Shown: positions 49,036-61,479 of the stretch, one piece after another
Layout of the letters: every line of letters begins with the position of its first letter
How positions within the stretch are numbered: the stretch's first letter is position 1
Assembly: GCF_006345805.1 (NCBI RefSeq)
Contig: NC_043010.1
Span: forward strand, 57,908,001-57,972,000
DNA length: 64,000 nt
DNA from: Octopus sinensis
Lineage: Eukaryota
Reading direction: 5' to 3'
Notes under the pieces: model-generated
Databases searched by the model: none
What the model was told of the DNA's origin: nothing
Seen by the model: only the letters and a program-made list of their open reading frames with translations
Translations under genes and position numbers: made by a program

Positions 49036-51438
49036 CAAGACAGAAGGAGGTCTCCGTTCTGTGGTCGATGTTATCCACTCACTCTGTGACTCATATTGTG
49101 GGTAGAACTCGGCTTTCGATTCGATCACCTGAGTATTTCGTCGACTCACCTCAGCCGAATGACCTGATGTGGGGACAGGTTTCTTCGTCTGAGTTATGTA
49201 ATGACTTTTCTCCCTGTCCGATGGGATTGCTGTACTGACACCAGCCCTTGGAGAGCCGTGTCTGTCATTGTTACAGCGGACAAAACAGAGTGTGATGGAA
49301 ACTACAAGGATGACGGAGAGGATTACAGCAATGGCTACAATGATTATGAACCATGTAAGATTGATCATGTTGTCAGAGGAGGGCTGGAAGTTATTCGACA
49401 CCGAAGTCTTATTACTGACACTCAGTGTTAGAATGATGGTGGTGGTGGCTGTCAGAGCTGGTGTGCCACTGTCTTTCACAAGAAACTCAAGTCTGTACGT
49501 GCCAGCATCATTTTGGTAAACTGTCCGTGCATAAGACAGAACTCCCGAATAAGGGTTTATTGAAAATAACTGTTTGTTATTGCCACCAATGATTTCGTAT
49601 CGCAAGAAAGCATTTAAATGACTATCCCGGTCTGAAGCCCTTAATACAGTGATCTCTTTTTTACTTTGGGGATGATAGCTAACATCAAATCTAAATGGGT
49701 CCATACTAGGGAAGGTAAAATAAGGGGCATTATCATTCTCATCTAAAACTTCTACAATCACATTGGCTGTGTTATTTAATGAAGGATTCCCGTTGTCTTT
49801 GACAAATACTTGGAACTTATAAACATTTTGTTGTTCTCTATCCAGTGGTATAGTGGTTGAGATAAAACCATAATCAGTTATCTGGAATGGTATCACATGT
49901 TTGCTGGTACTCAACAGAGAAAAAGTCAGTTGACCTCCAGCTCCCAAATCGGGGTCAGTAGCATTTATAAAACCAATGGGGAAGTTTGTTTTCCCATTTT
50001 CATAAGTCAGAAATTTAAACGATTCTTTTGTAAATTGTGGCTGTACATCGTTGACATCCATAACTTCAATGGAGAACTGTCTCTGAGTCTGTAAAGGAGG
50101 GGATCCTTTGTCTTCGCAAGAAATTGTTATGTCATACCTATCTTGTTTCTCTCTGTCCACAGGTTTCTTTAACGTAATTTTATATTCTTTTGATCCTAAA
50201 TCTAAAAGAAGGAACTTATCGTGGTGTAGGCTACATTCCACCTCACCATTCTGTCCAACATCATTGTCAATAACACTGACATACGCTATGAAACTGCCGA
50301 CTTTGATCCCTTCAGAAATGGTAGCAGTGTTCTCTCTCAGCTCAGTGACAAAATTCACATCAATTACAGGTGGGTTATTATGTTGATTGATCACATTGAC
50401 CAGAACAATGGCTGTGGAACTGAGAGGGGAACTGCTGCCATCTCTGGCTTCGATCAACAGTTTGTAATTTTTCTTTCGTTCTGATGATAAATTCTTTGCA
50501 ATGAAAATCTCGCCAGTGACATTATTTAACCAGAAATGGGATTTAGTATAAGCTGATGTTTCGGAGCTGAAATGGTATGTGACACGACCATTCTCTCCGG
50601 AATCTAAATCTTTGGCAGACAATGTGATAATGGGTTTATCCCTTTGAAGTGCATTTCTTATGGAAACATTGTAAATATCTTTACTGAATATTGGGAAGTT
50701 GTCGTTATCATCAACAATAGAGACATGGATATTTAGCAAGCCCTGATTTGGAGGGTAACCGCCATCTTTGGCAATTACTTGTAGATTGTATGAGTCTTTT
50801 GTTTCCCGATCAAGACTTTTGGTGAGGACAATACCAAGTTTGGAACTTCCTGTTATTCTTTTCTTTACCGACAACATAAATGGTGCCTTGTCTTTGGTTT
50901 CTAATTGGTATGTAATCTTGGAGTTACGAACCCCAACATCCCTATCTATAGCATTTGGAATAGCTTTCAACATTCCTTCCTTGTCCCCTTCAGAGAACTG
51001 GATGTTGGCAAACTTTTCAGGAAATTCTGGTCGGTTATCATTAACATCTTGTATAACAACTTTAATCTTCAGTACTTTCATAAAAGTTTCAGCTTTTCGA
51101 ACTGCCACTTTGACTATTTTGGAACATTCCATTTTATATGAACACAGGGACTCAGCATCTAACGATTGTGCTGTGTGCAGTTTACCTTTCTTGGTCACAT
51201 TGAACAAGCGGAAACTGTCTGACAGTCTTTGTTCCAACTGGCTGAACGTTATAAGATTGTGATCTTGGAATGGTATTTTGTCCATCAAGTGTAAGTCTGT
51301 AGCGATGTCTCCCACATACGCTCCAGGTCCCTTCCCTTCTTCCACATGGTAGGTAAGATCTACACAGAGGCAGCAGTGAAGAACCAAGGAAAGTATTGCC
51401 GCTGTGTGAAGGACATCTTGTCTTTTTATTCTCTTCAT
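49033..51438 (-). CDS. Protocadherin large exon (signal peptide, EC1-EC6, transmembrane helix, proximal cytoplasmic tail), 802 codons, continues via splicing
   Basis: ORF 48982..51456. First ATG at 51438 (MKRIKRQDVLHTAAILSLVLHCCLC signal-like). Six cadherin repeats with DxNDN-type linkers (DVNDNRPEF, DDNDNFPIF, NQHNNPP, DVNDVQPQF, DENDNAPYF), DRE/DxD motifs and EC1 C-x5-C (CSYKMEC). TM segment WFIIIVAIAVILSVILVVSITLCFV. Perfect TTG|GTAAGT donor after ...RRPPSVLL (phase 0). Confidence 0.95.
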
Positions 51439-51470
51439 CACTAAAAAATTGGTCAATGAAGGAAGGTCTT

Positions 51471-51505
51471 CTGGAACGACAGAAAAACAAAAATAGAAAG
51501 AATGT
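51471..51505 (-). promoter_or_regulatory. 3' splice acceptor upstream of the protocadherin ATG
   Basis: Minus strand TTCTTTCTATTTTGTTTTTCTGTCGTTCCAG|AAGACC, a long pyrimidine tract plus CAG, 32 nt upstream of the ATG. Confidence 0.75.
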
Positions 51506-51846
51506 TACAAAAGTTGGCAAAGTAAAAACAAAGGTTCATGCTGTGATTCTCATATCACTTTTTTGAGCATAAAAAGTAGATATTTATCTACAATTAATGT
51601 TTCAATATTTCACACATCATTTCACATCATACAAGCCATCACAACACCATGAACATACTTTATACTTTGTGTGTGAGTGTATGTGCATATGTGTACACAG
51701 GTGTGCGCATCTGTGTGTGTGTGATGGTGGTAAACAAATATAAGACAGTTTCATACCTGTTAATGCAATGTGCAACATCACATATATATAATATACATCA
51801 ATATACTTACCCAAATGCAGATTTACATTAATATATATTTATCTGT

Positions 51847-52063
51847 AAGGTGGTGATCAGGTACAATCGTTAGCACATCAGGTAAAATGCAGAGCAGCAT
51901 TTCGTTCACCTGTACGTTCTGAGTTCAAATTCCACCAAGGTTGACTTTGCCTTTCATCCATCTGGGGTTGATCAAATAAGTACCAGTTGAGTATTGGGGT
52001 TGATGTAATTAACTTACACCTTGTCCCCTTTGAAATTGCTGGCCTTGTGCCAAAATTTGAAAC
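51847..52063 (+). mobile_element. SINE family B copy
   Basis: GTTCTGAGTTCAAATTCCACCAAGGTTGACTTTGCCTTTCATCC...TTGTGCCAAAATTTGAAAC. Confidence 0.8.
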
Positions 52064-52984
52064 TTATATGCACACATACACATTTACAGGAATGTAATTA
52101 AAAAATGACAATCTTGGTGAGAAGAAGCAGTTATCATCAAACTCCAAAAATATTGGTTTACAAGTTTAGCCGCTGACTGACCAGAAGTAGAGAATAAAGA
52201 GTAAAGAGTAAACTAAATAGGGTTTGATAGGAGTGTGAGTGAGCAGAGTAATGTCTGTCAGTTTGCATGGTTCATTGTGTGCCGTGTGTTGTGTATGTGT
52301 TAGTTTGTCTAGATGTTTCTTTATTTATATATATATATATACACATATACAAGTAATATTTGGGTAAAACCCTTGTAGAATACTATACAAAGCTCATCCA
52401 CAGTTATTGGCTACCAGATATCATCATACCATGGAAATGCTCCAGCTACTGGACATGCATCAGGGATTTCACAGTATCTGTAGAGTTTATATAAATAGAT
52501 AAATTACAGAAAATAGAGAGAACAACATTCATTATTGAAAACCACTACAATTGTTTCGACCCATTTTTACATTCATAGTACATTGGTGAGATGGTACAAT
52601 TAATGCTGTGTAATCACCATCATCCATTAAAGAGGTGCAAAGAAGCACTTCTTTACGAGACCATACTGTCATTGCACTCAGGGTGTGAACGAATACTCAC
52701 AAGTGTGGTATTTTCAGCAATTTGCAAACAAAACTAAACCCACAGAAATGGTGAGGGGACAAAATGCAATTATCATCAAACTCTAAAAGATACAGAAATA
52801 AAGAAGAGACAGGACTTGATTAAAACAATGTCTTGGAGGGAGGATAGGGATTACACAACATGTTCATTATATCATCTTACCAATGCGTTTCTCTTCCTTC
52901 TCCCCGACCCCCCCCCCCCCTGTTATTACCCTTTCCTAATACTGTTCTCTCTCCACTACCATCCTTTCATAATCCTTTCTACTA

Positions 52985-53187
52985 AAGGCACAAGACTTGA
53001 AATTTTGGGGGAGGGGTTAAATCGATTACATTGTCCCCAGTGTGCAACTGGTAGTTATTTTTATAAATCCTGAAAGGATGAAAGGCAAAGTCGACCTCGG
53101 TGGAATTTGAACTCAGAACATGAGACAGATGAAATACTGCTAAGCATTTCACCCAGGGTGCGAATAATTCAGCCACCTCACCACCTT
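52985..53187 (-). mobile_element. SINE family B copy
   Basis: GGATGAAAGGCAAAGTCGACCTCGGTGGAATTTGAACTCAGAAC. Confidence 0.8.
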
Positions 53188-53399
53188 ATTCATCCTCTCA
53201 CAATAATAATAATAATAAAGTTGTTTCTACCATCATACTTTAATTTCTGCTTTTTCATCAAACGTCAGCTACAAGTTGGCCCTTCTATTAATGGCTCCAC
53301 AGACAAAGGACCCAGTATAACCTTCCAAATGTTGGTAAACCAAACCATGTAGGAGCAATAGAGGGGCTGAGAGAAACCTCTAGCCTTGTTATTGACTGG

Positions 53400-53592
53400 A
53401 CAACTTCTGTAGTGCTAGTGTCATGGGAAACTGTTCTCAGTGGCTGGGATTCAGAAGGGCCGTAAAAGCCATGTGATGACTTGGGTATTGGAGCAAGACA
53501 TCGTTAGCTGACCTGTTGCATTCTGTCAAACCATGCAACTTGTGCCAGCATAGAAAATGAATGTAACATAATGATAATGATGATGATGATGA
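53400..53592 (+). mobile_element. RTE 3' tail fragment
   Basis: ...TCTGTCAAACCATGCAACTTGTGCCAGCATAGAAAATGAATGTAACATAATGATAATGATGATG tail. Confidence 0.55.
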
Positions 53593-53704
53593 TGTGTGCA
53601 AGTTAGTGTCTGTGTGTGGCACATTGGGTTTGATGACTATCTGGTTAAATGTATCTTGTTTATGAAACTCAAGTTTTAAAGTACACATACATAAACATAC
53701 ATAC

Positions 53705-53748
<44 letters not shown>

Positions 53749-54249
53749 TTACACACATATCAAGGAGTGGATGGAATATGTTTTGGCAGATTTTTCACAG
53801 CTGGATGCCCTTCCTGTCACCAGTCTTCACCTGCCTCCAGGCAACGTAAATATTTCCCCATTGCCCACACATGTTCCCCACAGAATTTTGGCAATGAATG
53901 ATAGGATTCTGTGACACCTTGAGCAAGTGATTTCTACTAGAGCCTTGAGCCAACTAGAGGTTTATGAGGGGATCTGGCAGATGGAAACTGAAAGAAGCCT
54001 GTTGTGTGTGTGCGTGTTTAATCTCCTTATCTTGAAATCATGCAACAGATGTAAACAAACATCACAATCATACAACGTATTTCATTTACTTTCAATGGAA
54101 AAATGGTTATTAAAATGATGAATATGATGATGATGATGATGTGTGCAGTTAACTGGCAACAAATATATCATATGACTGTATTGTGTCTATTATAGTACAG
54201 TATATATTTTGTATGCACTGGTGCGTGCACACACACACACACACACATA

Positions 54250-54292
<43 letters not shown>

Positions 54293-54354
54293 CATACATA
54301 TCCAAATTTAAGGAATGGAGTAGATAAAATCCAGGTTATATATGGATCTAGGAT

Positions 54355-54402
<48 letters not shown>

Positions 54403-54731
54403 TTTTCTGGACTTTTTCCTCCGCTTTTTGTATATTTATATTTATATACACCTTACAGGTAATTTTCAAACCACCCTAATTACCCAGCTGGTAACAAATA
54501 TAACACTGTTATATTTTGAAAACCAACCACCCAGTCAAATTAAAAAGTTTATTCGTGTATTTTCAATTACATCCCATATAATCACATGTATTACATGTAC
54601 CATCAAAATTTTAATTCAGTTTTTATCACAATTGTTCGACAAACGGGAATATGTGAAACGCAGAATAACAGTTTTGTCATAATTTTGCAGCTTTAATAAA
54701 ATTGTGTGTGTATGTACATATGCATACATAC

Positions 54732-54829
<98 letters not shown>

Positions 54830-55721
54830 GTGTATGTATACAGATATATAATTATATAGATATAATTATGATTAAGGGGACTGAGAAAACAGAAATAAGC
54901 TAGAAATAAGCATCAAATGACTCTAAAACCACATCATTTTGATGTGGTTTTAGAATCATTTGCTGTCGACACACACACACACATATATATATATACACAC
55001 ACATACAAACATACACACATATATATACATTTATATTTATATATGTATATATTATGTATACATGAGTGTGTAAGTGTGTATGCATGTACATACATATATG
55101 TGTATATATCATATTCGATGCCATTTCTTCCTGTCTGTTCACTTCTCAGAGAAATAAAGTCATAGCACCCACTACCTGTTGAGTTGTTGTGCAATCTGAT
55201 TAACATATCACTCACATGAACTACATTGTACTGTGTAAATACCCATACGTCTGTCTGTCTGTCTTACACACGGACCCATCTACAATATTTAGAAACATCT
55301 AAACATACATTTCCACACAGCCAGGCACATATCTACACATACATCTATACACATACACCTATACACATACATCTATACACCTACACACGCACAAGGCATA
55401 CAGAACATTTGAGTAGATGTGAAGAAAGCCGAACAAAGCCACAAGATAGTGATAATTCTATAATTTATATCAACCAATCATCTCACTAGCTAGATTAACT
55501 GCCAAATAATGATAGTGGAAGAGGCTGTAGTAGTTAAAGATGGCAGGTTCGCAGTAAATAACAACAAACACCTCTTCGTATATTTCTCACAACAGCAGCA
55601 ACAACACCATTTCAAGTGAATAAATACTCTGTGTCATTTGCTTTTTTCTTTTTTCCTTTTTTTAGCTGTAATTGTTGATATTTAATGCCTATTCTCTCCA
55701 TGGGTTTCCCCAGTTGGGCCA

Positions 55722-55755
<34 letters not shown>

Positions 55756-56064
55756 GCTGTTGGGACATTGTTTATCTATGTTTTCGTTTCAGCTTCTCTC
55801 ATCGTATCAAAATCACTACCATTTCACACAGTCTCTGTTGCTCTCCATCATCATCATCATCAAGCATGAGGCTACCATTGCTATTGTTTTCATCATTACA
55901 GTTTCCAATGCACCTTTAAACAACAACGACACAACAAGCCTGCTGCACGCTCCACAGCCTCTCCAACCCAATGGCGAGGTCCTCGTACATTGCTATTTCC
56001 CCTACACCTCTCACATACACTTTCTCATCATCATCATTATCATTCATTATTATTATTATTACAT

Positions 56065-56245
56065 AAAGGCTGAGCTGGCAGAATTGTTAGCATGCTGAAC
56101 AAAATATTTAGTGGCATTTCATTTGCCTTTATGTTCTGAGTTCAAACTCTACTGAGGGTGGCAGGTTGATGTTGCTTTTCATCTTTTCGGGGTCAATAAA
56201 ATAAGTACCAGTTGCATAATGGGGTCAATGCAATCAACTTACTCC
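56065..56245 (+). mobile_element. SINE family B copy
   Basis: AAGGCTGAGCTGGCAGAATTGTTAGCATGC...TTCTGAGTTCAAACTC. Confidence 0.75.
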
Positions 56246-57749
56246 TATCAAAATAAGAAAGGAGTCTTCTTCTTATTATTATTATTGTTATTGGTGGAAT
56301 TTTGGGAAAGTATTGACTTTGATTCTAATTTTAGCAAAGTAATTCTTTTTATTCCTTCTCCAAAGACTGATTAATGGCAGAAGGTAGTTGATAGGTCAGA
56401 GATGGTAGGGACTGCAGTGTATGCACATGTACACAACACTGCTGCACTACTGCACAAGTAGTATAACAGTGGTCGCAGTAGCAGCAGTAGTAGTCGTGGT
56501 AGTAGTAGTAGTGGTGGTGGTGGTGGTATATGGGGAGAGAGAGAGGCAACATTGGTAATGGAGAGAGTGGGGGGATATAGCATTCACAGTTTCTATTTAT
56601 CAAGAATTTGTAGTGTGCCATGGGGCTTGGAGCGTGCCATGGCATGCTGTGGTTTTCTCAGAAATCCTGCGATGTGTCACGAAACATGCTTTGATATGTC
56701 ATGACATACTTGGCTCTGCCATGGCACTCAGTTGCCTGTGAAGAAATAATGAGACGCAACTAAGATGGCAGGATGTAACATAATGTGTTGTGGAGTGTTG
56801 CGGCACATTACGGCATGTTGTGATACAGCATAGTGTGTTGTTAGACATTTTGGCATGTTGTGATACTCCATAGTGTGTTGTAACACACTGATGTGGTGTA
56901 ACACATTGTGGTGTTTTGCGTTACGTTGTGGTATACCAAATGACCCTGGTGTATTCTATGATAGTTTGTAGTGTACCATAATTCACTGTTCTGATGTTGT
57001 TTAGCCTCAACTCACCCTCTGACCAAACACGTTCCCATCTTCACCCTTCCATCTGTTTCTATATCTAGCACTGCATAAGACAATGTGTCCTCCTTTCCTT
57101 AGGATGGCTGATGTGATGTGAAGGCATTTTGCTGCTATTCCTAGCAGGCCAGGTGACTACATTATGGCTTTGTTAAAGGGGTTTCTCTTGTACACAGCAA
57201 AGTGTTGTCAGAGTGTGTGACAGTGTGCCACATAACCTGGATACAAAATATCATTCAAGGTGAAGTGATAAAGATCCACAGGTAACGTGTCTCCCCCTCT
57301 CCCTCCTTCACTTCTACTACCACTACTGCTCCTTTCAAGTAGTTAGGACTCCTCTCAACAGTCACTTAATTTGCTAGAAATAATAGCTGTGGCCTACTAG
57401 GAATAGCAGCCAACACTCCCTCAAATCAAACTCTGCTATAATCTTCTCTCTCTACTACACACATTCCACCCCCTCAACATCTTTTGTCTGTGGAAGGTTA
57501 CCATCTCCACCCCATATTCATGGAAAAATCAACCCCTTGCAACCCCACATGTTGGTGGCAGGAGACCAATAAATTTAAAGGTCACTGTTCCTCTTTTGTA
57601 AGTAAGTTGTAAGAAAAGAAAAAAAAACATTTGTCACATTCACACCTGAACAATAGTCATAATGATGATGATGATGATGCTGATGATGATGATGATGAGA
57701 CAGGAATTTGTAAATCATAGATCACCCTCATGAATGTGCATGCATTTGT

Positions 57750-57791
<42 letters not shown>

Positions 57792-58631
57792 CAGTCCATA
57801 CAAAGATGATACTGTATTCATCATCTGAAATTATAATAATGCTAACTCTGAAAGAATTAATAAGTGATTTATACAACACTTTTAAATTGTAGGTTTGTCA
57901 GTTACCTTTAATGTAAACTAAAATATAGCTAACTTTCTAGATGTTACTCTCAAACTAAACACAAGTCTTTTCAGGCTCTTCCATAAACTGACTGAATGAG
58001 TATCTGACTTATGCTAATCACCTTTTGAATCACCCCAGACCTATGATACGTTGTATAATAATAGTTTTCCCCGCCCCATCTTTCCATGCTTTCAGCTAAC
58101 ATTGACATTGTCAACCAAAATACCAGCTATTACTAACCTAGGGCTAGTTGTAAAGAAAAATTAACTTACCTTCCGAACAGCAGTGATATTCCTATCACTT
58201 GTTACTGTGTGGGATTCTATACTGGACTTCCTACTTAAATTTATACTAATTCTAGTCCTTATGACAAAAATGACAATGCAGGAAAATGCTAATAAAACAT
58301 ATATGAAAGTAAACAAAACTGCAGTGCAAGTGGAAGAATAAGCAAAGAGAGTAACGATAGGATTAGAGTCTCGTGTGGTAAATATTATAAAGGACTGAGT
58401 ACAGTCACAACAGTAATGAGGATTATTACAGTTTGGGGATTATAATAATGTTAATAATGTTTGTAAGAGAAACCCCAGCATTAAGAAGGAATAAAGAATG
58501 GCAGGAAGAATAGGAATAAGGTTTCAAATACCACCCATCAAATGAATACTGACAATATAAAAGAAATAAAAGATAACTGAATTGACATTGTTTACATTTG
58601 ATGGATATTTGTCCTCTTCTTGTTTGTTGTT

Positions 58632-58677
58632 AACACAACATTTCGGCTGATATAACCTGCAGCCTTCATCAGGTGTC
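58632..58677 (-). ncRNA. Minimal type-I hammerhead-like motif
   Basis: GACAC-CTGATGA-A-GGCTG(loop)CAGCC-GAAA-TG-TT-GTGTT: stem I 5 bp, stem II 5 bp, core intact. Stem III ATGT is likely CpG-decayed ACGT. Confidence 0.6.
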
Positions 58678-58989
58678 TTGGAGAAATTTTGAACCTGGGT
58701 TCTCATTCCTAAGGTATTTTTCAATGTGCTTCTTCTTATCATTACTCCTCTTCTTATTATTATTCAGGTCACTGCTTGGAATTGAACTTGGAATCTTGAG
58801 GTTAGTAGCCCGTGCTCTTAACCACTACGCTATATGCTCGTGGGCATATAGCGTAGTGGTTAAGAGCATGGGCTACTAACCCCAAGATTCCAAGTTCGAT
58901 TCCAGGCAATGGCCTGAATAACAGTAATAATAATAACAACAACAACATCAGAAAATACCTTAAGAATGAGAATCCCAAAATTTCCCCAA

Positions 58990-59035
58990 GACACCTGATG
59001 AAGGCTGGAGGGAATATCAGCTGAAATGCTGTGTC
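58990..59035 (+). ncRNA. Minimal type-I hammerhead-like motif (probably inactivated)
   Basis: GACAC-CTGATGA-A-GGCTG(loop)CAGCT-GAAA-TG-CT-GTGTC. U16.1 is replaced by C. Confidence 0.5.
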
Positions 59036-59180
59036 AACAACAAACAAGATGAGGACAAATATCTGTCAAATGTAAATAATGCACATGATTTTTCATCTCT
59101 TAAATATAGAACTGAACTGAATTGACAATTCAAATAATAACAGCAAGACTATTTCTAATAAAAATAATTATTTCTATTCT

Positions 59181-59381
59181 AAGCATGATTTCCTCCTGAA
59201 ATTTAGGAGGAACTTGTCAATTACATTGACTCCCAGTCTTCAATTTGTACTTTTATTTCATTAACTCTGAAAGGATGTATGGCAAAGTCAACCTTAGCAG
59301 AATTTGAACTCAGAACTTAAAGACAGCTGAAATGCTGCTAAGCATTTTTATTTGGCATGCTAACCATTCTGTCAGCTTGCC
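59181..59381 (-). mobile_element. SINE family B copy
   Basis: GGCAAAGTCAACCTTAGCAGAATTTGAACTCAGAAC...GCATGCTAACCATTCTGTCAGCT. Confidence 0.7.
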
Positions 59382-59499
59382 AAAGGGATAATATGACTAA
59401 AAATAATAGCTATTACCATAGTAAACCAGGTTGTTTGAATACTAACCAGGTCACACTACTGCTAATAGTAACAATTTTAGAAATAAAATTCAATTATGT

Positions 59500-60200
59500 A
59501 AGCATATTTTGTGGTTTAACCCCACATTCAGTTTTAACGGTACTTCAAATGTGGCTGGTAAATTTTCCCAAGCTTTACATAGACACTTCCATGCATCCAG
59601 CCCATGTCATAAACATTTCAATGGCTACACAGTTAAACTGACTTACTCCACCACACAAAATATTGCCAAATGCATAGCAATATTTAACTGTGAAATGTTA
59701 AATTGTATAATTAATAATACTGTAACCATCCACTACCCTTGTATTGACATCACATTGAAATCTTCAAAGAACCACAATACCATAAATAATGCAACTGATC
59801 AACAGGTTGACTCACTTGATTCTAATAGAACCACTAATGATAATCTAGTAGGACCTGATATGCCTACAAAATAGTTGTACTAACTTTAGTTTGAGTAATT
59901 TTTGAAATAAATCACTGTGTCCAATCAACAACCAATGCCTTTAGGAAATGTAGTGTATAAGTGCTCCATTACTGCACTTTGTAAGGGATATATTCATACA
60001 GGTGCATCCACTTCTGTATCCAAGCCCTTTTGGAATAATCACAAAGGCTAGTAGTACACCGTTGGCTAGATTTATGTATGCTTTCTCTGAGACAATAGCT
60101 CCACACATTTACCATTTCCGAAATTCCAAAATTCCATTGTGATCATTTGTACAGATGGATAGAAAAAAAAGGCATAAAACCTACTGGGCTACATGTCCAC
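59500..60200 (+). pseudogene. PLE C-terminal fragment (RT-EN linker and decayed GIY-YIG-like region)
   Basis: WFNPTFSFNGTSNVAGKF...HKHFNGYTVKLTYST matches the PLE linker pattern WFNPP...F..NTVKxSYS. Downstream NVVYKCSIT...YIHTG...NNHK resembles the start of the PLE GIY-YIG domain. Confidence 0.6.
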
Positions 60201-60904
60201 CATATGTGTATATAAATATATATATATGTCCACCATGTATGCATATATATATATATATATATAGTGAATGTATGTCTATACAATTATACATGGTAATGGT
60301 ATATGTGTATGTACTTATGGCTAGATGAACTGATGTTTCTTCTCCATGGTACCTATTGGACTACTGTTTTCCATTGTACTTATTTATGGCTAAATGAGCA
60401 AGGGTTTCTACTCCATGTTTTCTACTCTACCGTTATTTTACCCTGGGTCTGTATGCAGGGTAGACAAACCAAATCAAATGGAATTACAGCCCTGCATAAG
60501 AGATGGGAAAGTAAAGCATTGCATAGCAAATGCTGCACAAATGCCTGGTGGTGATACCTGTCATTGGTTGACTGAGTCTGAACTTAAACAGAGAGCTTCA
60601 TTTCAGCAGCTCAGCATCAGTGTCTGCCTCCTACAAACTACCAAGCCAATATTCTTTAAAATGGCTTTGATGCTAGCTGACACTTTTGTGACAGAACCAA
60701 GGAAGGAATTGGTCCCCTCCCCCACCACCACCACCCCGTCATCTCTTGATGAGCTTTGGTTTTATCAAATGTGTGTACTGTTTGCCATGATAAACTTGGT
60801 CCGTATTTGCACTGGATCATAGGTTGTCAGATTGGTCTTCCATATGAGAAGAAGAGGAAGGAGCATAACTCTGCCAAAGTAGAAGAAAATAAAGACATCA
60901 CCGT

Positions 60905-61245
60905 TGTTTGGGAATTCAGTATTTAAACTAATCGAGGTATTCAGGTCAATAGACCAGATGTTGTGGTGGAAAATCTTGTTGGATAAAGATGTTTGCTCAT
61001 AGATGTGTCAAACCCAGAAACTGCAACATTACCGTGAAAAACATTTGAAAAGTTAAGTAAATAGAAGAGCCTTGATATAGGGGTCACAAAAATAGAGCAC
61101 CTGAGAACAAAAACTGTACTTGTAATCATCAGAGCTTCAGGGATCATTCTATATGGCACTATTAAACACTAAATACCAGGAAACCCCAAAGTATCAGAAC
61201 TACAAAAAATTGTCCTTGTGGGTTCAGCCCAGATCCTAAGGTAAA
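60905..61245 (+). mobile_element. REL-domain/3' end of an R4/Dong-type LINE
   Basis: WEFSI*TNRGIQVNRPDVVV...CLLIDVS...KTFEKLSK...ELQKIVLVGSAQILR, parallel to the 14100-14530 region. Confidence 0.7.
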
Positions 61246-61479
61246 AAAAAAACAAAAAAAAACTGTCAACCTAAAAGTATCTGAATATCTTAAACTCTTT
61301 CCAAAACTTCAAATATAAAAACAAATTTTAACAAAACCTTCAGTATTTGGCCTCCTTTGTCTAAAACATATCATTGCTAATCATAAATAACAGTAAAATA
61401 TTCAGTTTGCTGTTATTTGAGGTGTTTGAGTCAGGACTCGGAATGGGTTGTATAAAACCAAGCAATGACAATGCAGAAG

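Larger units (their letters stand above)
58586..59081. mobile_element. ~500-bp palindromic element: divergent tRNA-like heads, each followed by a hammerhead-like PLE-type tail
   Basis: Axis between 58840 and 58841. Arms of about 250 bp pair along their length except for the central AAT/AAC tracts. Confidence 0.85.

Noticed and set aside
51439-51456. TTG start of the protocadherin ORF
   Set aside because: Alternative-start artefact of the ORF finder. The first ATG is at 51438.
52540-52600. CGAAACAATTGTA (minus strand) as a hammerhead 3' half
   Set aside because: No CUGANGA core or stem II could be found upstream.
58842-58915. Functional tRNA gene (anticodon ACT)
   Set aside because: The acceptor, anticodon and T stems do not pair properly. 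Only the A and B boxes are retained, as in SINE heads. The same applies to the heads at 23679, 24417 and 63197.
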